Part shown: piece after piece, positions 19,782 through 29,591 of the stretch | How positions within the stretch are numbered: the stretch's first letter is position 1 | How the letters are laid out: every line of letters begins with the position of its first letter | Translations under genes and position numbers: made by a program | Source: Macrostomum lignano | Taxonomy: Eukaryota | DNA: 40,633 nucleotides | Assembly: GCA_002269645.1 (NCBI GenBank) | Contig: NIVC01004609.1 | Coordinates: forward strand, 1-40,633 | Direction: 5' to 3' | Notes under the pieces: model-generated | What the model was told of the DNA's origin: nothing | What the model saw: the letters and a program-made list of their open reading frames with translations, nothing else | The model's database searches: none

Positions 19782-20602
19782 TGGTGAATGTTTCAATGAG
19801 AAATCATGGTGACAGAATTTTGCAAAACAAATGCTTCAACTCAGTCAACTCAATCTTTGAAGTTTGGAAATAATTTTTCGAATGCACGACTCCAATGGCT
19901 TATTTATACTTTAGCTAATATGCTCGTAGTTAGCGCGCATCTCATTTGTACTGTTTCTTAACTTAGTACAAAGTCGAATAAAGCATTAACTAACTAATAT
20001 TGCAATAATACACGTTTTACTGATACGACCCCCATTAGTAAAATAACTAATTCATGCAAGGACCCGTCAGAACCTGCTGCATGTTTTCTTATGTAACAGA
20101 TAAAGTTTATTTGTTCACGTAAAATGGTAAAGAGCTGCTTGTTAATTTGCAGCAGTTTTTTAGATCAAAATAGATCAAGATCAAAATACTATACTGTAAT
20201 TGCAAACTTTGATTGGTTGATCGGACACGTGGGCCATATTGGAACAATTGAAACAATATAACATGCAAAGAACCAGCTATTACAGCACAGCGATGACAAT
20301 CAACGTAGGTAGGATTTACTGCACGCGGTGCATACTCTCGTAGTGTTGTATTTTTGGGTAAATGAACGAACCGAGAATTCAATTGTCGGTGCAATCAAGC
20401 TTAAATTGTAGTGGTATAGTAGTACTCGTAGTAGTTGACGGCACAGTAGCAAATACTTGCTAAATGGCTGAGAGTTCCTCAATAGTACTATTTCAAGTCA
20501 AACAGTTCCTAAAAAAGTGAATATCGATATCCGATCTCACTTTTGTCAGAAATTGACAAACTTTTTGCTCTATTTAAGAAAAAATCGTGGCTAAGAGTGC
20601 AG

Positions 20603-21752
20603 CTACTTATCGGCGCTCAGGTGGGCGGGCCAGACATAGATGAAAACGAGCGCGTTCACCCCGCTGAGCAGCAGGTAGGCGCAGCTGCACACAACAGCCC
20701 GGTGGCGAAACAAGAAGGTCCAGCAGCTTTTCGTCACCTTTGCACTTTCACGACTCGCAACCTGCTGTCTGCCAGGGAAAGCAGCGATGAAGGTGAACGC
20801 GATGAGGATGAGCATCTGAGCCATGAGGAACAGACCGACTAGCGGGATCGTGTTCATGGACTTCGGAGCCGACTGGGACGCGATCAGCACGTACAGAGTC
20901 ATGGACATGATGATGGCGATGGACAGGTTCACCGGGTCGCTCTTGTCACCAGCCAGGAACATGATGCTTGCGAGCAGCGACAGCAGCTCGAACGGGAAAA
21001 TCACCAGCACAGCGTAGTACATCCACCTGCGCTTCAGGTGGAACTGGATGTTGACTACCGGGTAGATAGCGCCATTTGCAGTAAGAAAGTATGAGTTATG
21101 ATCAACAGACTGCAGGATCCATTCGCCAACTTGGTACAGCTCGAGTCCACTGTCTTCCGAGTAGTTGTAGCTCACCCTTGCCGAAAAGTTGAGTGCAGCT
21201 ACGTCAGATGTAACTGTAGCCAGTTGGGTTGCGCAAACCTGGCTGTCAAACGGGAAGGATCTCACATCAAGGGCGCATGCGAATTGGACAACGCAAAATG
21301 CGTAAATAAACGCTTCTCCTGATGCACTAAGAACTACGTCAGAGAATTTCGCGTTTCTAATGTCGAACATCTCGCCCTTGGAATTCAGAAAGCCGATGTC
21401 AGGAAGCCACAGACTGTTCCTGTCGATGCGCATGTACCGTGGACTGCCTCTAGCTGATGAGTTCCAGGCCAGCCGAGGGTCGGTCCATGCCAGCTCAATC
21501 CAGGCAGAGAACTCCAGCAGCTCCTTGTCGTCCAGACCGTAGATGGTCTTCAGTAGAATTTTAACAGCGACGCTGTTTTCGTAGCCGAAATGGCTCGGCG
21601 ACAGCATGACGTGGCACTGCGGCAGCGACTGCGGTCCGATGGACTCGGCCAGTGAGCGGCACGCGGCTACGTTGACGTTCGAGGCCGGATCGATGGTGGC
21701 TCAGAAAACAGTGCAACAGAATGAATCTGGCTGGCTGAATCAGGTGCTGCAT
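20603..21752 (-). CDS. Cys-loop LGIC-like paralog D; signal peptide (ATG 21752) is out of frame with the open 366-codon main frame 21700-20603 (pseudogene or sequencing error)
   Basis: The main frame has ACRSLAESIGPQSLPQCH, WTDPRLAW, CALDVRSFPFDSQVC, GEW and M1-M4. There is an in-frame TGA at 21701-21703, and MQHLIQPARFILLHCFLS lies in the adjacent frame. Confidence 0.8.
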
Positions 21753-22328
21753 TCTACAGTAAGTATCTTCAGAACGTCTGACAATTGGATTTCTCTAAAT
21801 GGATCGAATGCAAAGCTGCTGGGAAGTGGGAAGCTTCGGTAGCTTTAAACGGTGACAAATATAGTTAAGAGTTTGCCGCCCAGCAGATTCGCACCAATCA
21901 GGAAACTTTGCCCTCCTCATCTTCTATTCAGTGCTTCGCTTTTATCAAGCGTTCTTAATATGCTACTTAACTTAAACCATAAAAGTAGCTTCATCACTCT
22001 TCACCACTTGCATTGCTACTAATAGTAGTAGAAACTATTGTTTCAAAACTGTTCTACAGCGTATTGTACAAAAAATTAAAGCCTTCCATATTGCGAAAAT
22101 CCCATTTAAAGTGAGTTATAAGCTATACAACTTGAAGATTTGAGATTGGCTCTAACCTCCTTTGCTAGATAGAAAGAAAAAGGATGCTGGATAGTTTTTG
22201 CGTCAACTGGCTTCGCAGCGAATCAGAGCTAACGAATTTATACGAATAAAAATCAGGTCTCAAGGCAAGGAAACTCCAAGGTTATAAATTTTTTTAAAGT
22301 CGTGGATATTCAGTAACAAATCGTAGCC

Positions 22329-23488
22329 ATGCTCACCTGTCTTAGGTCTGTAATCTTTCGACTGTTGCTGGTAATGGGGAGCAGCGCTTTTTTACGCTTG
22401 ATCGCCATCAGTCCAGCCTCCAACGCAGACAAGGCAGCATGCCGGGCTCTGGCGGAGTCCATCGGGCCGCAGTCGCTGCCGCAGTGCCACGTCATACTGT
22501 CTCCCAAAAACTTTGGCTACAATACGAACGTCGAGATAGTCATATCGATCAAGACCATTTACGGACTGGGAGAGAACAAGCTGCTGGAGTGGTCCGGTTG
22601 GACCTTCATCAGCTGGACTGACCCAAGACTGGCTCGGAACGTATCCGAAAGCCAATTGGATCAACTGCGAGTGGAGCGGAACAGCCTGTGGCTGCCAGAC
22701 ATTGGCTTCTGGAACAGCAAGGAGGAGAGCTTGTACGACATTCGAAATTCTGGCCTCTTGGAAGTGACGGTATTTCCCTCCGGCCTCGTGTACGCCTACG
22801 TGTACCTGGTGATTCGGTCTGCATGCGCAGTTGACATCAGACTATTTCCATTTGATCAGCAGCTTTGCACTATAGAGTTGGGAACCATCACTTCTGACTC
22901 GAGTGTCTTCAATTACACACTCTTAAGCACCTTATCGATCAACAAGATAGACGGAGTGTCCTACCAAGTTGGGGAGTGGAATTTGAACGAGCTATCGCAG
23001 CACAATCGCACTAATGTTATTAATGGTCAATCGTTTCCTTGCACCGAGATCAAGTTCCACCTGACGCGCAGGTGGATGTACTACGCTGTGCTGGTGATTG
23101 TCCCGTTCGAGCTGCTGTCGCTGCTCGCAAGCATCATGTTCCTGGCTGGTGACAAGAGCGACCCGGTGAACCTGTCCATCGCCATCATCATGTCCATGAC
23201 TCTGTACGTGCTGATCGCGTCCCAGTCGCTCCGAAGTCCATGAACACGATCCCGCTAGTCGGTCTGTTCCTCATGGCTCAGATGCTCATCCTCATCGCGT
23301 TCACCTTCCTGACCGTTGTTTCTCCAAGGCAATCAAGGCGAAGTGAACGAAGCCCTAAGATCTTTTTCGACTGCGTTGAGTTCTGTATTAAACAGAAAAA
23401 TAGTATTTGTTTTATCAGCTACCTTGTTGTCAGTGGACTTAACGCAGCAGTGTTTCTGTTTCTTCTACCATATCAAGACAGAAAATAA
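22329..23488 (+). CDS. Cys-loop LGIC-like paralog E; 1-nt deletion at ~23228 (GG to G) splits the ORF (sequencing error or recent pseudogene)
   Basis: ORF 22329-23243 has signal, ECD with CAVDIRLFPFDQQLC, M1 and M2; ORF 23240-23488 has M3 and M4. E reads CAGTCGCTCCG where the other copies read CAGTCGGCTCCG. Confidence 0.85.
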
Positions 23489-23699
23489 GATAACGAGAAT
23501 GATTAATATCAAAGATTTGGTTTGGCAACAAAATAAATTTGACCATCTTTAAATTTAAACGATAGATCTTGTGCACTTGTTAATCTAATCACGAAGAGGC
23601 CCATAGATGCCCACGTAGTTTCATAATGCTTTTAGAAGTATTAGTTGGCCTTGGAATAACTCACTCTAGTACAGTCGAAGTTGAAAGCATGTTCTTGAC

Positions 23700-24490
23700 G
23701 CCTCTGAGGCCTGGGGGCTGTTGTTTTCTAGAACCTGGGCTCGAAGTCTAATCGAGAGGATCAATTTCAGATCTTGCAAATCATTCTCCAAGGCTGACTG
23801 CAATACCCAAAATTGAATTATTCAGTACCGGGCCTCACTAGCAAATCACTCAGACTCCATCATCTCGAGACAGTGAGGTTGGCATTACAGCTAAAATGAA
23901 TACTGAAATAATGCGAAATTTTCAAAATGGACGAGTAACGAAATCAATCAGAACACACAAAGCTACTCGAAGTAGTTTTGAACTAGAATTTACGAGGCAC
24001 TGAAAGCAAAGAGTAGAGAACTCTGAAAATTTAACTCACTACTCAGCCGAAAAGCGTCCTAGAAATTTGCAATCCAGAATTGAAGCGCACCCTGTCACAG
24101 TTTAGATTAGCAAACCATAAACTGGCCTGCGAAACAATGAGGATTGCGAGACCAAAGATCCCTTACGAGAACAGGACCTGCCCAAAGTGCCATATGGGGG
24201 GTAGAATGTGAAGTTCACTTCCTGTTTAAGTGCTGTTGGAACTTTTTAGTGGCTCCCCGTGATAAACTTGAACAGTTGAAAGTCTCGGATAAAGTTTCGG
24301 ATTTTAGAAACCATACGGCAGAAGAAAAAGTATTTTACCGAATGACTCAAGTAGATAGAGGCATAATGGAAATTTTTGCAAGATTATCAAAGACAAGCTA
24401 GAATGCAACTGCCCTGAGGCTTCAGATTGCCTTGATAAGAGTACTTTGTGCACTAGACTTCACTCCCCCGTTACGTCCAGAAAAATTATT
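23700..24490 (+). mobile_element. Non-LTR retrotransposon (LINE) 3' remnant
   Basis: Translates (with shifts) EAWG...IERINFRSCK and PELKRTLSQFRLANHKLACETMR...PYENRTCPKCHM-GVECEVHFLFKC, the typical FR...H.L..E...R.C..C...E.E.HFL..C C-terminal motif of LINE ORF2. Confidence 0.7.
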
Positions 24491-25271
24491 GACTGCTTTT
24501 TGCATTCATTATTTCGTTGTATTTTGCAACTCAACGGTTTCACTACAAGTTGGACACACAAAGCAGCTCAATATTTGCCAATTGCATCCATGGATTTCTG
24601 AGAATGTTTGCTGCAGACAACGCTAGGCTAATGTTTAACAATCCACTTTCAGAATTAATCAATAAATGTATTTGTCGCTATACAGTCCAATTTATATTGT
24701 TGGCGAAGACCCCAGCTGTTCAGTGGTGAAATTCATAAAGAATTGCATCTCAAGATATTTACACTTGCACTAATCATTTGCTAGCTAAGCCGCCTTTAAT
24801 GTGTTGATTAAATTGAATTGAACTGTGTTGTCTGGCACTCTAGCAGCTTCATCAGTGAGTGCAGTTTCTATGGCGGCTGCTTAAATATTTAGTCACGCAG
24901 TTGCTAAGCCATTATTTGCTCGAGAAGCAACAAGTGTACTTCTGTTATTTGCTTTTTGTCAAGCGTTCGGTTATTACTGATAATCAAATTTAACACGAAT
25001 GCAAAATAGCTATCAGCAAGTCAAAACCCGTTGCAATAAAGAATAATTTTATTTGAGAAACTACGAAAACATGATAACTTTTCAGAGTCGCTTTACTTTG
25101 AAGGAGGGTTACCATATTGAATTCAATGTTTGTAGAACGTCAATTATATATACTCTATTCTATGCGAATAATCCCAGCACTATCAATGTGCCATCTTTCC
25201 CAAACATAAAGCCGTAAAATTATTTGTGCATCTGCTCAAGCTGAAAGGCCAAATAATTAAAAGTTAGGGGG

Positions 25272-25386
25272 TTACGTATCAGATTAAACATGCCTTTTGA
25301 GGGAGTTATTTGTATAAATCACGAGGGCCTGAGGCCCGAGGGATTTATGAAAATAACTCCCGAAAAAGGCATGTGTAATCTCGTAT
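25272..25386. repeat. Imperfect palindrome with ~40-bp arms and a GGGCC-TGA-GGCCC centre
   Basis: 25281-25320 (AGATTAAACATGCCTTTTGAGGGAGTTATTTGTATAAATC) versus the reverse complement of 25342-25381 (AGATTACACATGCCTTTTTCGGGAGTTATTTTCATAAATC). Confidence 0.9.
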
Positions 25387-25389
25387 AAA

Positions 25390-25485
25390 CCATAGACATA
25401 AAGACTTGACGGGATATTATTGAATATTACCAAATAAAATCCCGGGGAACGCAAATATTGTCACGGAAAGTCTTTATTTCTATGG
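25390..25485. mobile_element. 96-bp mini element with 16-bp TIRs CCATAGA(C/A)ATAAAGAC
   Basis: CCATAGACATAAAGAC (25390-25405) and GTCTTTATTTCTATGG (25470-25485) match at 15/16 positions in inverted orientation. Confidence 0.55.
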
Positions 25486-25625
25486 ATTATGAAAAATTTT
25501 TGTGTCGTGATGTCTGTGTTATACATCTTAAGAATCCGTCTTGCAGTGATTAAACGACTCAATGAAACTTTCTGAGATGCCAAGGCTCATGGCTACTCAT
25601 GCGAAAGTAAATAACAGCAACGCTC

Positions 25626-26807
25626 TTAAGAGTCCAAATGAGGCCATAAAACCAAAAACGCGACAGAGTTTAGTCCGCTAGTCGACAGGTACAGAAATAA
25701 GAGGACTAGGTTCCTTTTTCCGTCAAGACCCTGCCAGTATTGGCTCAAAGTTGAGCTCGTCCCCTCATTGAAATTTATCAAACGCTTTTGATCGACGGCC
25801 GCAATGAAAGTGAAAACGATGAGAATGAGCATTTGTATCATGAGGAACAGACCGACTAGCGGGATCGTATTCATGGACTTCGGAGCCGACTGGGACGCGA
25901 TCAGCACGTACAGAGTCATGGACATGATGATGGCGATGGACAGGTTCACCGGGTCGCTCTTGTCACCAGCCAGGAACATGATGCTTGCGAGCAGCGACAG
26001 CAGCTCGAACGGGACAATCACCAGCACAGCGTAGTACATCCACTTGCGCTTCAGGTGAATGTTTATTTTGTGAAAGGGAAAGCTCTCTTCAATACTGTGC
26101 AATACAGCCTGTTCTTGCTTAACTCCCTCCAGCTCCCATTCACCGACACCGAACAGTCCGATGTCATTGCTCATGAGACGGGCAGACAGCGATATGTTTA
26201 ACTCGTCCGAATATGACACAACCGTGCCGACTCCAACTGAACAGACCTGCCGGTCGAAAGGAAACTTTCGCACATTCAGGACGCATCCAAACTTTATCAC
26301 CAGGTAAATCGGAAGAACCACCGTTCCCGTGCTGTACACTGAAACCGAAATAAATTTCGAATTACGGAGATCAAACATATCGTTGTCCTTTCCATTCCAG
26401 AAACCAATGTCCGGCAGCCAGAGACTGTCTCTGTCGATAACTAGATGGTCTACGGCCTTGTCGGACGAGTTCCAGGCCAGCCGAGGGTCGGTCCACGTCA
26501 GATCAATCCATGCGGACCACTCCAACAGCTCCTTCTCGTCCAAGCCGTACACAGCCATCAATTCGATTGTAACCGAGACGCTGGTGTCGTAGCCGAAACT
26601 CTTTGGCGATAGTATCGCGTGACACTGCGGCAGCGACTGCGGCCCGATGGACTCCGCCAGTGCGCGGCACGCGGCCACGTCAGCATTGGCTGCCGAGTCG
26701 ATGGCGGCCGAGTGGGTAGCTGCGCTGGCTACCAGAAGCAGCACAGCTGACAGTGGCAACTGTCCAATGCAGCTCTGCCATGCTGCTGGAAGGGAAATTA
26801 GTAACAA
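25626..26807 (-). CDS. Cys-loop LGIC-like paralog F; open frame intact from signal peptide to M4, but no in-frame ATG before the signal peptide
   Basis: 393-codon frame (TTG start in the ORF track) with ACRALAESIGPQSLPQCH, WTDPRLAW, CVLNVRKFPFDRQVC, GEW and M1-M4. A strong 3' splice site ends at 26786/26783, and an out-of-frame ATG sits at 26781. Confidence 0.85.
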   Translation of the reverse strand: MLLISLPAAWQSCIGQLPLSAVLLLVASAATHSAAIDSAANADVAACRALAESIGPQSLPQCHAILSPKSFGYDTSVSVTIELMAVYGLDEKELLEWSAWIDLTWTDPRLAWNSSDKAVDHLVIDRDSLWLPDIGFWNGKDNDMFDLRNSKFISVSVYSTGTVVLPIYLVIKFGCVLNVRKFPFDRQVCSVGVGTVVSYSDELNISLSARLMSNDIGLFGVGEWELEGVKQEQAVLHSIEESFPFHKINIHLKRKWMYYAVLVIVPFELLSLLASIMFLAGDKSDPVNLSIAIIMSMTLYVLIASQSAPKSMNTIPLVGLFLMIQMLILIVFTFIAAVDQKRLINFNEGTSSTLSQYWQGLDGKRNLVLLFLYLSTSGLNSVAFLVLWPHLDS

Positions 26808-28177
26808 GCACAGATAGTACAGCGGCTACAACTTTGCGATATTCCAGCAACTGAAAATCTCATTATTGTAGAGCTTACCGTAAATTTTGCTTCTCATAAT
26901 TTCAAAAAACTTTTAATGAATCAGATTCTCTTTCGGTTTTGGGTGCTTTTCATTTTATCGGCTCTTTGGTTTCCCTTTTATAATTTCCCAGATTTACATC
27001 CAATCGAAGATTGCAATTTATTTTAAAAGTCCTACTTTTATAACTACTGAGAGTAGCTATGCATGTTTATATTAATCTGCATTGAATAGGACAAAACTCT
27101 CCTACAGTCTGCTTTTACTGTGATCTCCTTGTCGTGCTGTAAGTCTCATGATTGAGGCAAGGAAATTAAGAACGGAAAATATCTGACGCGTTAAAGGCTA
27201 GCTCACACCGCGCCGTCATTGAACTACCAATGATGTACAGCATTGTATCGCAGTGTATCATTTTGAGGGGCTTTAGGAGGTATATCAATCAGACCTGATT
27301 GTCTCTTGTCACTTAAACTTTCATCATGAAATTTGAGCTTGGCCCCAGCTGATAAACAGACTAACAAGAATCCCATAGAATAAGTAAAATGACTTAAGCA
27401 CTGATTAAGTCATTTTAGGAGCACTAAGACAGACTGTATTGAAACAGCTAGGGGGAGAAAAAATGCTAGATGATTTTTCAATAGTGCACAATGTAGAAGA
27501 AAAGCGCTGGCAAGAGTGAAGGGCGTAGGCAGGGATGGAGAATAGCATACAGGCTCTGCTGAGTACAGTTCATGCAAGAGAAACCCAAAGTGCACAGTGA
27601 CGACCACCTCAGCCCAACCACTATTATATAGCTAGTCTCTCTCTTCAAGCGTTGGCATTGAGGTGGCAAGGCGAGAGAGAGAGAGAGACGGACAGAAAAA
27701 GAGAAAGGAAAGTAAGGAGGTCTCCCCGTAGGCATCTCTCCGCCAGATTGGCAAGCGCGTACACGATCTCATCGTAGCCTGCAGCTCTTTAAAGCTATAG
27801 TCTGAGCCGCGCTAAGGACCCCTCATCAGCGCTTAGCCCTGGTACACACGCATTGCCCACTATCTAACTGTGCAATTTACCGAGGCCAGTCGCAGACCTA
27901 AGTCTCTATCTTAAGCTATCTACTGCAGTCTATAGTGAAACCTAACAAGGTAAAAAGGCCTTCAGTTTTCTTGCGCCGTGGTACGCTGTACGATCGAGCC
28001 ATAACTCTTAACTCTCTGCCCCCATTCGCTTTAAACAGCTATTCATAGGCGCAGTTCAGTTGCTAAGTGGCTTTTTCGCACCAATTGGACAGCCGCATAT
28101 AAACGTGTAGCTCTATCAAGGCATTTTCAAGTTTAAAGCATATTCCCCAGCGAGGCAACCAGCTGAGCAGGCCGGAC

Positions 28178-28482
28178 ATGAGCAACGTACCTGGCAATGA
28201 GGAGTCGGAGGCTGGCTCCCTGTTGCAGAGTCTCATGCTGGCCATGCGGCAGCAGCAACTCATGGAGCTGCAGGAGGCACTAGCTGAGTCGCATCGAGAC
28301 CAGCAGCCTGCACAACCGCAGCCGCAGCAGCAGCAACAGCGCGCGGCTGCTGCTGACTCGGCGTCGGAAGCTGGTGACGAAGTTTACGCAACAAAGCCGA
28401 ACTGCAAGCCTGGCGGATACGCCGAAGAAAGCTTTATTCACCTGTCCGAGGCGGACAAAGAAGAGTTTGGCTGCAGAATTTG
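28178..28482 (+). CDS. Exon 1 of a RING finger (C3HC4) + TRAF/SINA-type zinc finger E3 ligase-like gene
   Basis: ORF ending EEFGCRI-TG|GTGAGT (donor 28483, phase 2); joined to C29592 this gives TGC, the second RING cysteine. Confidence 0.8.
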
Positions 28483-29591
28483 GTGAGTCAACCATATTTT
28501 TGGAGCGAGCCTACCAGGCTGATACGAATGAATCGTGTGCCTATGAAGCTAAACACAGCCGCCATAAGAGAGCCTTCCGTTCAAAAGTTTTGAGCATTTT
28601 CTATTTTGAATCTTTTACTCGCGAAGCTGTTGGCGGTGATGTGAACCGGCCTTTAGCTGGTATTGTGAATGATAAAAGTGAAGTTTACACTTTACTGCCG
28701 AAATTCCGAATTGTAAATAAAGCAAGCATGCCTTTTCTCCGGGATACGAGTAGATGAACAAGTTTCTCAAGAAAGTTTTAAGGGAAGTTCCGGTAATCTC
28801 TTTAATGCTTTAATTCTAAACGGACTTTCTTGGCTGATTGTCTGCTTTAATCCGAAAAGTGAATCACAGCGAAATCCAACTCGTCCAGATAAAACTTGTC
28901 AATCAACCTCGGGTCGGAAGGTCAGACGTTGCAAGTTTTAGTGCTAAACAGTAGAAATACTCCTAAGTCAGTGTCTCAATCAAAACAAATCGACGTGTCA
29001 GAAGCTAGTAAACGTGGAATTTAACAATGGAAAGTCAAAAAAAACAAACCGGAAAGAAAAGCTAATCGTATCGCTAGTCGACGGTGCTCGCAATATTAAC
29101 ACATACACATTGCCAGTGTCAAAGGGCGGCATGCAATGTGCTAAGCCCTGGACCAGTCTTGCGTAACTGCATGCATTCGGAAGTCATTCAGCGTTTTGGC
29201 CTCTGAAAAAAAACGATTCAGACCTGTAACCATAGCAACGTCTCGTGTGCTTAATTTAATGAATGGGCTGCAATCTGTGCAGACTTAAATGCAGTTGGAT
29301 TTGGACCTGCATAGCGGCGACCCCGAAAGTTCGGTCAACCGAAAACTCTCACACTTCCACACCCGGCTTTTTGAGTTGCGTAGAGCAGACCGGTTTAGCA
29401 AACTTTCAACGTCTCTGTTAAGAGCACGCATGAGAGTCGTTCGTTTGGTTTTTCGACATAAATATTATTGCGCAGTTGGTTTCACCAGTGGCCTTTCATT
29501 CGCGTATCATTTTAAATCGTTCATTATTATTCTGCCTTTGGGGCACGCTTGACGATATTAAACTCGCCTGATTATCCACCTTCGAACGCAG

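Noticed and set aside
10792-26807. Horizontal transfer of bacterial pLGICs (intronless, short loop)
   Set aside because: The proteins have a true disulfide Cys loop, eukaryotic signal peptides and an nAChR-type M2-M3 linker; prokaryotic GLIC/ELIC-type channels lack the Cys pair.
28483-28757. ORF 28374-28757 as a separate gene
   Set aside because: It lies mostly in the AT-rich intron of the RING gene, has no recognisable domain, and is better explained by the GTGAGT donor at 28483.
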